This document shows, piece by piece, positions 54,904 through 64,000 of a stretch of 64,000 nucleotides of DNA. This DNA comes from Dehalococcoidia bacterium (GTDB lineage: Bacteria; Chloroflexota; Dehalococcoidia; GIF9; UBA5629). The stretch's first letter is position 1; every line of letters starts with the position of its first letter. The notes under the pieces are model-generated. The model had not been told where the DNA came from and did not search any database. It worked only from the letters and a program-made list of their open reading frames with translations. The stretch spans positions 114,582-178,581 of the forward strand of contig PLME01000005.1 of NCBI GenBank assembly GCA_003142375.1. The letters are read 5' to 3'. A program made the translations under genes and the position numbers.

Positions 54904-57900
54904 TCAATGCAGCCTTCTTTGATAGAGTATGACCTGTACCGAGAGGCCGAATAGGATAACCAGGATTAAGGCTATTAATAATCCGTTGGTCGAGTTGTCG
55001 TCCGTCTGAATTAGCCTGGATGGAAGAGCCGGGCCGCCGGCCGTTGTGAAGGAGAAGACCGGGCTGGGTTCCCCGGGCAGAGGTTCCAGCGGTGTTACCT
55101 GCCAGAAATAAGCTGTCCTGTAGCTCAGTCCCCAGTTCAGGTTATAAGCTGTCCCTTTGACTTTTTCATCGATAATGGGTTTATCCAGGCCCGGGTCTGC
55201 AGCCAAAACAAAGCGGTAGGTCGTGGTATTTTGCATAGGGGTCCATGAAAAGCTGGTGGGGTAAACAGGTGCATCACGGGCCCCAGCTTCGGGCTTCAGA
55301 GGCTGAAGGCCGGGATAGTCTGTTGATCTCACCGGATAGCCCGGACGTACGTTGAAACTCACGCCGTAAGACCAGCGGCTGCGTATGACCTGTCCGGTGA
55401 CGGCGCGCCTGACGCGTATATGCCAGTAGTAGCTGCTACCTGCTTCGGGAAGTGCACCGTCAGGTATGTAATATGACGGGTAAAGCAAATCATCCGGCAT
55501 GTAAAAAGGACTGGTGGAGGGCGTGGCCGTATCTACCACCAGATCGAACCAGCTATCCTTGCCGATCTCGACCTCATAGGCGTCCGCCAGCGATAATTGT
55601 TCCCATTTAAGGTCGACCTGCCCGTTGCGGCCTGTAACGGGATCGCAATACACAAAACTGCCCGGCTTGGGCGCGATAAGCCAGGGAGAATGGTTGGCCA
55701 ACGTATCGTTGAAAGCCCAGAGCCGGCCTACTCCATTATAAGGGTCATAATCGTGGGAATCGATAGCCCATATGGTCTCGTCGGCGCATACCAGCGCATC
55801 AGGCTCCATCTCGAAAAGGACGCCTGCGGGTAAGCCGGTTGCCAGGGAGTCCCAGGATACGTTGTTGTTGGGGATGGCAGTACGGGAGTAAAGCGTCCTG
55901 TCGACCCCTGCTCTGGCCGGATTATAGGCGGCATAGAGAGTGCCCCGGCCCGCAACACACAAGCCATAGTAGCTGTTATCAGGTGGACTCATATCGTCCC
56001 ACCGCTCGTTAATATCGATAGCCCAGCGGTAAAGGCCTCCGGCATCGTCGGCAAGGTAAATAAAATTGTTGTTTGTGAACTGATCGTCGAAGGCGACATG
56101 CTTGTTGCCATAGCTGTAAGCGGGTTCGCTAATCTGTATCCAGTTGTCTCCGCCATCCAGGGAATAGGCGGCCGGGCATTGCTGACCAACGCTCGCGCCA
56201 ACCAGAACCTTGTTTTGCTGCGCTTCTATCGTGTGAGCAGAATTGAGGCCGGTGTCGGTGGGAAAGTCCCAGCGCCAGCCTTTAGTACTGTATTTTCCAT
56301 GCCGGACCAGCCCGTTCGATTTTAGTACAAACAATACATCGCCGCCAGGTGCGGCCATATCCTGCAATGCGATATCCGGGTGGCAGTCCTGCCATGTCTG
56401 CCCACTATCACGAGACTGTAGCAGGTTAGTCGTTAGCTGGGCGCCTAGAAAAACTACTGCTCCCTTCCGATCGTCGGGTGGCAGCTTGAGCAGGGGCAGC
56501 GGGCAGTCAGTACACAATATTCTCTGCCAGGAGTCCCCTATGGGGTCCGTGCGACTGCGCCAGATGCTGTCCAGGCCGCTGCCATTCACCGAAGAAATAT
56601 ATGCGGTTTTACCGTCCGCGGCTACTGCCAGTGCCTTGAAGCGGTTTATTATGGTATCTATAAGGCCAAGCTGGTTCCACGACGTACCGTCGTCTTTGCT
56701 CTCAGAAAAGGCCGATTCATCCAACGGTGAGGCATTCCAGGATGAATCGTTGGGGTTTGACCATTTAAGCGGCGTATCCCGGTTGCCCGACCCCGTGCCG
56801 CAAATTGCAGCCGAACCATCCTTTGTCCAGGCTACCCTGATATTGGCAAAGCCGGTGCCATATCCTCCTGTGGGAGCTTTCAAGGGTCTGACCCAGGTTG
56901 AGCATAGCCCGAACGGATCAGAGGTGAAAAAGATATCGGACATTGCGGTTAGCGGATCAGCAAGCACGCCTCCGGCCAGCAATTTACCGGACAGTGTGCT
57001 TCCGCTATATGCAATTGAGCTCAACCTCGGCTTGCTTCCATTACCCGGCGCCCGGAGTCGGGTTACTATGGTGTCGTTGAGACGGTAAACATCGTCCAGG
57101 GGTTGGGAAGTCCCCATGGATGTACCGTTAGAATCGTAAGCTGCGAAGATGATACGCCTGGGCGGGACGTTGCCGTCGAAGTCGGAGGGCAGGGATATAC
57201 AGCCGGTAATGATCTTGCTTTCGCCGCTGCCGTTGCCCCCGGACTGATCGGTAGTACATAGTTCGACAGGCCATCCTATATCCCGATTCCAAACGCTGGT
57301 GCTGGCTGCGAAATCGCGGTAGCCGAGATTTATATAAGTCCGCTGTAGGGTGCTGGACATGATTACCAGTGTGGAATCGGCAGTATAAGAGGGCGAGGCC
57401 ATCAGCGAGATGACATCGCCGCCCGTATATCCCTGCGCCTTCCACCCTCCCATAGCCGGATAACTGAGTATATATATTTCACCCTGGGCCAGCCCATCAG
57501 ACGGATTGCGGCTGCCGACGATAATATCGTGTACATTGTTTCCGCGGCACGTATATAGTGCCGATATGATGATACTGCCGATTTGCTCTCCCGGGCTGTA
57601 AAGCCAGGGGATATGGCCGCTATAAAACCAATTTACTCCTCCATCTGAGGAGATATAGACCTCCCTGCGGTGCGTGCCGCCGCTGTCCATGCAGACGGCA
57701 GCTATGAAGTCGGGGTCATCCGGGGAGACTGCGATGAGGGCCACGGGAAAAACCGGAGGGGGTGACGCCTGCGCCAGCCACAGGTTAGGCTTCATGCTCC
57801 AGGATACTCCACCATCGGGGCTTCTCCATATCCCTGCTTTGACAATTAATCCGGCATCGGCATCAGGTATATCGATGGCATACACCGTTTTACCGTCGTT

Positions 57901-58131
57901 AGCAACTGCCAAATCGCTGATCTCACAGGGAGTTATGACATCGTTGCGCTGTGGATAGCTGCCAGGTGTATCGATAGTGCCCCATTTCAGAACACAGGTC
58001 GAAGGGGTATCGGCAGAAACCGGAGAGATAACAAAGGATGGAGAAATAACCGTTATAGCCGTAAACAGGCTAACAGCACACAACAGGGTTTTGCATATTA
58101 TCTTTGCTGGCTGATAACTGGTTCTATCCAA
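54904..58131 (-). CDS. giant BNR/Asp-box-repeat cell-surface protein with C-terminal TM anchor (paralog of 47252..51052)
   Basis: TTG start with GAGGGA RBS. Signal peptide. Asp-boxes SPDGGVSWS, SSDGGVNWF, SKDDGTSWNQ, RDSGQTWQD, SLDGGDNWIQ. C-terminal YYWHIRV / YFWQVTP modules. Terminal TM plus RRLH. Confidence 0.7.
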   Translation of the reverse strand: MDRTSYQPAKIICKTLLCAVSLFTAITVISPSFVISPVSADTPSTCVLKWGTIDTPGSYPQRNDVITPCEISDLAVANDGKTVYAIDIPDADAGLIVKAGIWRSPDGGVSWSMKPNLWLAQASPPPVFPVALIAVSPDDPDFIAAVCMDSGGTHRREVYISSDGGVNWFYSGHIPWLYSPGEQIGSIIISALYTCRGNNVHDIIVGSRNPSDGLAQGEIYILSYPAMGGWKAQGYTGGDVISLMASPSYTADSTLVIMSSTLQRTYINLGYRDFAASTSVWNRDIGWPVELCTTDQSGGNGSGESKIITGCISLPSDFDGNVPPRRIIFAAYDSNGTSMGTSQPLDDVYRLNDTIVTRLRAPGNGSKPRLSSIAYSGSTLSGKLLAGGVLADPLTAMSDIFFTSDPFGLCSTWVRPLKAPTGGYGTGFANIRVAWTKDGSAAICGTGSGNRDTPLKWSNPNDSSWNASPLDESAFSESKDDGTSWNQLGLIDTIINRFKALAVAADGKTAYISSVNGSGLDSIWRSRTDPIGDSWQRILCTDCPLPLLKLPPDDRKGAVVFLGAQLTTNLLQSRDSGQTWQDCHPDIALQDMAAPGGDVLFVLKSNGLVRHGKYSTKGWRWDFPTDTGLNSAHTIEAQQNKVLVGASVGQQCPAAYSLDGGDNWIQISEPAYSYGNKHVAFDDQFTNNNFIYLADDAGGLYRWAIDINERWDDMSPPDNSYYGLCVAGRGTLYAAYNPARAGVDRTLYSRTAIPNNNVSWDSLATGLPAGVLFEMEPDALVCADETIWAIDSHDYDPYNGVGRLWAFNDTLANHSPWLIAPKPGSFVYCDPVTGRNGQVDLKWEQLSLADAYEVEIGKDSWFDLVVDTATPSTSPFYMPDDLLYPSYYIPDGALPEAGSSYYWHIRVRRAVTGQVIRSRWSYGVSFNVRPGYPVRSTDYPGLQPLKPEAGARDAPVYPTSFSWTPMQNTTTYRFVLAADPGLDKPIIDEKVKGTAYNLNWGLSYRTAYFWQVTPLEPLPGEPSPVFSFTTAGGPALPSRLIQTDDNSTNGLLIALILVILFGLSVQVILYQRRLH

Positions 58132-59678
58132 GCCGCACTTCCCTCAGGCAGAGGACCACCGGATTCCACGCGTAAGATAACTAGAACTTTTTGGCCTGCC
58201 AGCCCGGACAGATCAACCGTGTAAGTCGCAAGCTGGCCGCCCGAATTTACGGTCAGGGGGGGGAAGTAGTTTATTACACCTCCCTGTGAGGTGCCAAGTA
58301 TAAATTTGACGCTTGCCGCTGCCGGCGCGTCCACCGTCAGCCCCACATTGGCGCTGAATTTACATCCATGGGGGACTGTGAACGGACGCAGTTCTGCCGG
58401 GCTGCCCATAGGCACCCCGAATGCACCCTGTATCCAACTGCCGGTGGAATTTGGGGGTGTCATCAAAAGCGCACTCGGGTAGCTGAGACTGCTTTTTATC
58501 TGGGCTGTGGATATCTGTGCCCACCCTTCCGCGCCGCTGGCATACATGGGCCAGCTAAGCGAACCAGCGCTGCTCTGCCATTGAGCGTTACCCGAATATT
58601 GCACGAGGTTAATATTCATGAGTGGCCCGAAATTGTGTTCATAGCAGTTATTGGTGTAATCGGCCTCGGGACAGGAACCGTCACCGTTAGCGCATATCCG
58701 GATGTTGGTAGCCCCGCTGGTTGCCGAATTGGAGGATGAACCCAGCAAGGACGGGAAACGAGGCGAGAAGTGATACGTCAGGAACGCCTTGGCTTTCTCA
58801 TCGCCGGGTGCAAGCGGCTCGACATAGCTCTTGGATTCCAGTGTGTCGTCTCTGTAAAGGTATGTCTCCGTGGCGCATGATGTCAGATTGCCTATGTTCT
58901 TAATGCGGTAGGAAAGGACATTGCCGCTGCTCCAGAAATCGATTACAACCAGGTCTGCTTTATTATTGACAGGCTGTTTTACTGCGATCGAAATCTGATT
59001 GGAGGCGCTTCCTCGCTTGTTGACCGCCCAAAGAGTATAGGTTGTATCTGCTGTCGGGGCTATATCTATGCTGCCTTCGGGATCAACTGTTCCCGGCAAA
59101 GGTTCTATGCTTATCCGACCGGTCTCCGCCACACTCCAGCTCAATTTAGATGTCTCACCGGAAACTATTTGTTGTGGCACAGCGGAGAAATGGTTGATAT
59201 AGGGGAGTGAACCTGACGAGTCTCTCTTTATGAAGAAAGGAATTGATGTTTGTTGTCCGCCTACTATTGAGAGATCGAGCCGGTATTGGCCGCTGCTGAA
59301 TCCCTGTGCGGGGGCGTTAAGCTTGAATCCCAAGTAACCATCCTGGCCTTGTGTCTTATTATCAGTGTAGATGATCCTATTTAGTTCCTCCTGCGATTCA
59401 CTTTTTTCATAAACCCAGTTGGCCTGAACGGCAGTATCTGCATGGGCGCCGGACAGCCTGATTGAGCAGCAGACCTGCGGGCTGTCGATATAGAAGAAAT
59501 CGGTACTGTCCTTTGGACGGTAGTCCGCCTCAAGGCCGGTAGCTATCACAGGGTCGTTCAAGCGGGGGCCGAAAAACGGCAAGTTTGAGCAGGAAGTAAA
59601 AAAAAGCGAAGCCGATATTGCAGCAGAGATCAGGATATTACCGGACTTCAGGTACAAATTCATGGCGCAATGACCCAT
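58098..59678 (-). CDS. lipoprotein with CARDB-like domain
   Basis: Signal peptide with lipobox-like FFTSC. Central ADLVVIDFWSSGNVLSYRIKNIGN resembles CARDB (DLVV...V.N.G). Its 3' end overlaps the start region of the next gene. Confidence 0.5.
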   Translation of the reverse strand: MGHCAMNLYLKSGNILISAAISASLFFTSCSNLPFFGPRLNDPVIATGLEADYRPKDSTDFFYIDSPQVCCSIRLSGAHADTAVQANWVYEKSESQEELNRIIYTDNKTQGQDGYLGFKLNAPAQGFSSGQYRLDLSIVGGQQTSIPFFIKRDSSGSLPYINHFSAVPQQIVSGETSKLSWSVAETGRISIEPLPGTVDPEGSIDIAPTADTTYTLWAVNKRGSASNQISIAVKQPVNNKADLVVIDFWSSGNVLSYRIKNIGNLTSCATETYLYRDDTLESKSYVEPLAPGDEKAKAFLTYHFSPRFPSLLGSSSNSATSGATNIRICANGDGSCPEADYTNNCYEHNFGPLMNINLVQYSGNAQWQSSAGSLSWPMYASGAEGWAQISTAQIKSSLSYPSALLMTPPNSTGSWIQGAFGVPMGSPAELRPFTVPHGCKFSANVGLTVDAPAAASVKFILGTSQGGVINYFPPLTVNSGGQLATYTVDLSGLAGQKVLVILRVESGGPLPEGSAAWIEPVISQQR

Positions 59679-59864
59679 AATAGGTTTTCGATGTATGTGG
59701 TGTCAAGGTTGATAATTGTAAATCGCAATTTACTTTTAGATATGGACCTGCATATAATGAAATTGGTGGAGGGAGTGTTCAGGCTCAGGAGTCCGGGGGA
59801 AATTGATCGAAACGGTCTATCCTGATTTTTCACGTCCATCTTCGGGTGAAATACACTAAACGGC

Positions 59865-60140
59865 TTACCGTCGGCCTCTCTTAAATTTCCTGAAATAGGA
59901 CCGGGTCATATAGGAGATCCATGTCCAGTGCGTTAGGACGTGGGTGCTGAAGAAAATCAGCAGCCCGATAGCCAGCCACTGATGTATTTGTATCCATGTA
60001 TGGCGATCGTAAAGAACTGTTTTTCCTGCCTCGCTGCCTTCAGGCAGGGTAAACCACAGTATAAATCCGGATACAACGAGCAATAATAAAATCAAGCCCT
60101 CTATGATATCGAGTACGTAATGCAGGCTGGCTTTTTTCAC
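59865..60140 (-). CDS. small two-TM membrane protein
   Basis: 91 aa with two hydrophobic helices and His/Trp-rich loops (HTWIQIHQW, HVLTHWTW). Confidence 0.4.
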   Translation of the reverse strand: MKKASLHYVLDIIEGLILLLLVVSGFILWFTLPEGSEAGKTVLYDRHTWIQIHQWLAIGLLIFFSTHVLTHWTWISYMTRSYFRKFKRGRR

Positions 60141-60334
60141 TGGAATCTCGCTGGCCGTTAAATTTTTTACCTGTTTTTTACAATGAGTTAATGCGGATAT
60201 TACAGTCGGTAATTATACTGGTTAGTTTACGGAAAGATAAAGCTGGGAAGCGGCGGCTAATTTTTCAACAGTTAATATGGGGTTTTATGAACCGGCCGCA
60301 CTTTTGAACTATAATCTGGAGAAGGTATTAGAAG

Positions 60335-61036
60335 TTGACCACCATACTGGTAGTAGACGATGAGCCTAATATACAGGAACTGGTCCGCCTTTATCTTGAA
60401 AAAGATGGTTTAAAGGTGGAGCTGGCGGGGAGCGGTGAGGAGGCCCTGGATAAATTGAAGTCTTCCAACCCGGCGCTGGTGATACTGGATATTATGCTTC
60501 CCGATATGGACGGGTTCGAGGCATGCAGGCAGATACGCAAAACCAATGACATTCCGGTTTTAATGCTCACGGCTAGAAAAGATGATATCGATAAGATACT
60601 GGGGTTGGAGTTGGGTGCAGATGACTACCTGACCAAGCCCTTCAACCCGAGGGAGTTGGTCGCTAGGGTCAGGGCCGTATTGCGGCGCTACAGTTCAGGC
60701 CAGAAAGCCGGCAAGCCCATCGAGGTTGGCAACCTGCGCATAGATATGGCCCGGCGTGAAGTGGAGATCGATGGCAAGCCGGTAAAGCTGCGCACTAAAG
60801 AGTTCGAGCTGCTGACTGCGCTGGCGCAGAATTTCGGCATCGTCCTGACACGGGAGAGGCTGCTGGAGATGATCTGGGATACCGATTACTATGGGGAAAC
60901 ACGCACGGTGGATATACATATCAACCACGTAAGGGACAAGATAGAGGGGGCCAATGTAGCCATAGAGACGGTTCGCAGCGTCGGCTACAAACTGGTCAGG
61001 GCGACGCTGGAAGCGGATGCCGGCATGTCTCATTAA
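60335..61036 (+). CDS. OmpR-family response regulator
   Basis: Receiver domain (VDDEP ... LDIMLPDMDGF ... K) plus C-terminal winged-helix (RLL..IWD...RTVDIHI..VR.KI). Confidence 0.85.
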   Translation: MTTILVVDDEPNIQELVRLYLEKDGLKVELAGSGEEALDKLKSSNPALVILDIMLPDMDGFEACRQIRKTNDIPVLMLTARKDDIDKILGLELGADDYLTKPFNPRELVARVRAVLRRYSSGQKAGKPIEVGNLRIDMARREVEIDGKPVKLRTKEFELLTALAQNFGIVLTRERLLEMIWDTDYYGETRTVDIHINHVRDKIEGANVAIETVRSVGYKLVRATLEADAGMSH

Positions 61037-61069
61037 AATGGAGTTTATTTCTATTAAACTGGAGGCAAT

Positions 61070-62515
61070 ATGGGGCTTCGCAGCCGCCTGATCCTGTCGT
61101 TCATAGCAGTCATCGTTTTATGCCTGGTAACCGTTGCCATCACGCTGACCGCACAGTCGGGCGATGTGCTGGGCCGGGTAGCGGCAGCACGCCTCACTGA
61201 CCTATCTGCGCCCTTATATATTCAGGCCAGGAACTTTCTGAGGAGTCAGGATACTCTCGACCGGGGATGGCCCAACATTGAAGAGCAGGCCGCAGCCACG
61301 GGCGTACGTATCTTCCTGTGCGATAGTGATGGCAACATCGTTAGGGCAACCATCAATTCCGAAAATATAACCTCGCTGCCTCAGTCAATCTTCGCCAGAA
61401 GGTTCGGTCCGGCAGGGCGAATCCTGCGAGGCAGCTTTGAAGGCCAGGACGGTAAAGCCTATATTTACGCCGCCTATTCCCTGGCAAATATCGCCAAATT
61501 CAAGGATAGCAATATCGATTGGCTAGTGATCGCAGCACCGCCCTCAGCCACGTCAACGGTCGCGTCGGAATTGCTCAGGTCTTTCCTGCTGGCTGGCCTG
61601 GTTGCCTTGATAGTCTCAATCATCATAGCAGTGTTATTGGCAAGGTCGGTATACCAGCCCATCGGCCGGGTCAAGAAGGCATCGGCCGAGATGGCCCAGG
61701 GCAAATACGACCAGGAGGTGCCTGTAGAAGGGCCACGCGAGGTGCGTGAGCTTGCGCTAAGCTTTAACGAGATGTCCAAGCAGGTGAAAAACTCGGAGCA
61801 GACCTTGAAAGATTTCGTGGCCGATGTATCTCATGAGCTGCGTACCCCTCTGACCTCCATCTCGGGTTTTGCACAGGCTATCCGCGATGGGACGGCGCAG
61901 GACAAGGAATCGGTGGATAAATCGGCGGGAATCATCGAGGAAGAGTCCAAGCGCATGATCAGGCTGGTGAACAACCTACTCGAGCTTTCCAAGCTGGAAT
62001 CGGGCCAACTGGAGATGAAAAAGGAGCATGTAGACCTGGAGGAGATTATCCAGCAATGCCGGGAAATCTTCGCCATGCGTGCTGAAGAAAAAAGTATTTT
62101 TCTAGTGACCGACCTCGAACCTCTGCCGCAGGTAATGGGGGATATCGACCGTCTGGAGCAGGTATTTAACAATCTGCTGGACAACGCTATTAAACACACA
62201 CCCGCCGGCGGCACCGTTACTATACGCGGACGTCATAGTAATTCCGAGACGGTTGAAATATCTGTAATCGATACTGGGCCTGGCATAGCTAAGGAGAAGC
62301 TGTCGCATGTGTTCGAGAGGTTCTCACACGAAGAGGAACCGGGTGGGCGCCCGGGCACCGGGTTGGGCCTGGCCATATCGCGCCGGATCGTTTTATCCCA
62401 TGGTGGGGATATCAGAGTAACTAGCGAGCCGGGGAAAGGCGCTGAACTGACAGTTCGGCTGCCGGCTATGGACGGCACGGACGGCAAAACGCTGGTGGGA
62501 AAAGCGAAAGCGTGA
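61070..62515 (+). CDS. sensor histidine kinase
   Basis: Two TM helices, HAMP, H-box ADVSHELRTPLTSI, and N/G1/G2 boxes (LLDNAIKHT, DTGPGI, GTGLGLAIS). Confidence 0.85.
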   Translation: MGLRSRLILSFIAVIVLCLVTVAITLTAQSGDVLGRVAAARLTDLSAPLYIQARNFLRSQDTLDRGWPNIEEQAAATGVRIFLCDSDGNIVRATINSENITSLPQSIFARRFGPAGRILRGSFEGQDGKAYIYAAYSLANIAKFKDSNIDWLVIAAPPSATSTVASELLRSFLLAGLVALIVSIIIAVLLARSVYQPIGRVKKASAEMAQGKYDQEVPVEGPREVRELALSFNEMSKQVKNSEQTLKDFVADVSHELRTPLTSISGFAQAIRDGTAQDKESVDKSAGIIEEESKRMIRLVNNLLELSKLESGQLEMKKEHVDLEEIIQQCREIFAMRAEEKSIFLVTDLEPLPQVMGDIDRLEQVFNNLLDNAIKHTPAGGTVTIRGRHSNSETVEISVIDTGPGIAKEKLSHVFERFSHEEEPGGRPGTGLGLAISRRIVLSHGGDIRVTSEPGKGAELTVRLPAMDGTDGKTLVGKAKA

Positions 62516-62517
62516 AG

Positions 62518-63180
62518 TTACTTGACGAACAATTTGTAGCTGGGGCAGACCTCTGCCAGGATGCACTTCCTGCATAGTGGGTGCTGTGCCTTGCAGGTCC
62601 TCCTGCCGTGTTCAATCAGCAAAACGTGATAACGATATATATTTTCTGCCGCGACAAGTTTTTCCATCGCCGGGTGGGCATCATCCACAGATAATTTGCT
62701 GCCTATCAATCCCAGCCTCCTCGCTACCCTGAAGACGTGGGTATCCACGGGAAAGGCCGGCATACCCACTGAAAAAAGCAAAACACAACTTGCAGTCTTC
62801 ATACCCACACCCGGCAAATTAAGCAGCCAATGACGCGCCGCATCAACGTCCATTTTTTTCAGGAATTGAAGGTCGAAGCCGGTTGTTTGTTTCTTAAGAG
62901 CCATAAGGGCATTTTTGATATATCTGGCTTTAACCTCGGCCAGGCCTCCACTGCGGATGGCGTCGGCTATCTGCCCCGTGCCGGCATCAGCCACACGATG
63001 CCACGCTCCGAGCTCATCCATTAAAGATTTAAAGGCGCGGCGGGAGTTGATATCGGAGGTATTCTGCGACAGGATGGTCTGGACCAGTTCACCAACCGGG
63101 TCAAGCCGCCGCTTCCATTTGCGGTCGCCGTAGGCGCCGATCAAACGGCTCAGGATGAGCTCAACATCCGGTTTAGGCAT
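62518..63180 (-). CDS. nth: endonuclease III family DNA glycosylase (HhH-GPD, 4Fe-4S)
   Basis: HhH motif LLNLPGVGMKTASCVL, catalytic region with VDTHVFRV, and a C-terminal C-X6-C-X2-C-X5-C cluster (CKAQHPLCRKCILAEVC). Confidence 0.8.
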   Translation of the reverse strand: MPKPDVELILSRLIGAYGDRKWKRRLDPVGELVQTILSQNTSDINSRRAFKSLMDELGAWHRVADAGTGQIADAIRSGGLAEVKARYIKNALMALKKQTTGFDLQFLKKMDVDAARHWLLNLPGVGMKTASCVLLFSVGMPAFPVDTHVFRVARRLGLIGSKLSVDDAHPAMEKLVAAENIYRYHVLLIEHGRRTCKAQHPLCRKCILAEVCPSYKLFVK

Positions 63181-63183
63181 CGG

Positions 63184-64000
63184 TTAAGCGCACAATCTCC
63201 GGATAATGTCTGTATAAACCTCGATCCCTTTTATCAAGCTGTCAATCGAGAGTTTCTCGTCGATTCCATGGATAGACTTCATATCGTCCGGCGGCACCTC
63301 GACAGGGCACAGGCCGTAAGCCAGCATATTTTTCTCCCTGAAGAAGCGTGAGTCTGTAGTGCCTGTCATCAGGTAGGGGGCCACAACGGCGCCCGGGTAA
63401 TGGTCTAGCAGTGCCTTTTCAATCAAGTTGTAGCTTTCTGTATACATATCCGAGGCATTGCCTTCGTTGCCAAGAACGGTCTCGACCTGTATTTCATCAT
63501 CGGCCAGCTGAGTTTTTATGAAATGCAGCCATTTCTGTAAATCCTGGCCGGGCAGCAGGCGTGTATCAATGAGCGCCTCGGCGCTGGATGGTATAACGTT
63601 CACCCTGTCGCCCGATTTCAACATGTTAAGGCTGATAGTATTGCGCAGCATGGCGCTTATCTGGGGCATTGATAGCAGCCCATTGTCAGCCAGGAGCTTA
63701 AGCAAGGTGTCCTCCCTGCCGTCATCCGCATATGGCTTCAGCAGGTCCCATGACCGCGCCAGTTTTTTAAAATATTCGGCTGCAATAGGTGTCAGCTTGA
63801 GGGGCACTTCATAGTTGAGAAGACGGTTCACCGCCCTGGTCATTTTTTCCAGGCAGTTCTGACTGTGAGGTGTTGATCCGTGGCCCGTCATACCTTTCCT
63901 ACTGAGCTTCAGCCAGCAGGGGCCTTTTTCGCCCGGCGAGATCATAGCTACCAGGCTGTTGCTGCTAATGTCTTTTACCAGGTAACCACCCTCGTTCAAT
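63184..64000 (-). CDS. M20 family peptidase, C-terminal portion (the gene continues beyond the window end)
   Basis: The track ORF reaches the last bases of the window with a non-ATG start. The sequence matches the dimerisation/lid and C-terminal catalytic half of M20 enzymes (GHGSTPH, PGAVVAPYLMTGTTD). Confidence 0.55.
   Translation of the reverse strand, partial: LNEGGYLVKDISSNSLVAMISPGEKGPCWLKLSRKGMTGHGSTPHSQNCLEKMTRAVNRLLNYEVPLKLTPIAAEYFKKLARSWDLLKPYADDGREDTLLKLLADNGLLSMPQISAMLRNTISLNMLKSGDRVNVIPSSAEALIDTRLLPGQDLQKWLHFIKTQLADDEIQVETVLGNEGNASDMYTESYNLIEKALLDHYPGAVVAPYLMTGTTDSRFFREKNMLAYGLCPVEVPPDDMKSIHGIDEKLSIDSLIKGIEVYTDIIRRLCA

Overview
This 64-kb window comes from a bacterial chromosome. 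GC is mixed: a fairly GC-rich backbone with conspicuous AT-rich patches.

Left third (1-22 kb): TPR lipoproteins, a GNAT acetyltransferase, an M20 peptidase, an ABC-2 exporter set, a DUF2779 nuclease, an MBL hydrolase, and a URO-D-family / DUF169 / Fe-S aldo-keto reductase group. It also holds a c-di-GMP module (a multi-PAS GGDEF cyclase next to a PAS HD-GYP phosphodiesterase), an acetoacetate-decarboxylase-family gene and tRNA-Arg(TCG).

Middle (about 22-52.5 kb): this looks like a tRNA-bounded genomic island. It lies between the intact tRNA-Arg and a 20-bp copy of the tRNA-Arg 5' end that sits next to tRNA-His. It carries a stand-alone HD-GYP gene, two paralogous DUF1616-like membrane proteins, a CPBP intramembrane protease and a GT-C-like membrane glycosyltransferase. 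It also carries a low-GC cell-surface glycan cluster: a Wzx-like flippase, a beta-helix protein, an AT-rich polytopic membrane protein, three GT4 and one Dpm1-like GT2, a UDP-glucose dehydrogenase-family enzyme, UDP-xylose synthase and an epimerase. An excisionase-family HTH gene has a duplicated downstream palindromic leader module, and the island ends with a giant BNR-repeat surface protein followed by roughly 80-bp tandem repeats.

Right (52.6-64 kb): tRNA-His, an acyl-CoA dehydrogenase, a second ADC-family gene and a second giant BNR surface protein (inverted paralog). Then come a CARDB-like lipoprotein, an OmpR/histidine-kinase two-component pair, endonuclease III and a partial M20 peptidase.

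I found no rRNA, CRISPR array, transposase or integrase. Many ORFs in the supplied track are antisense or shadow artefacts and are not reported. Hand-derived coordinates (tRNAs, repeats, revised starts) may be off by 1-2 nt.
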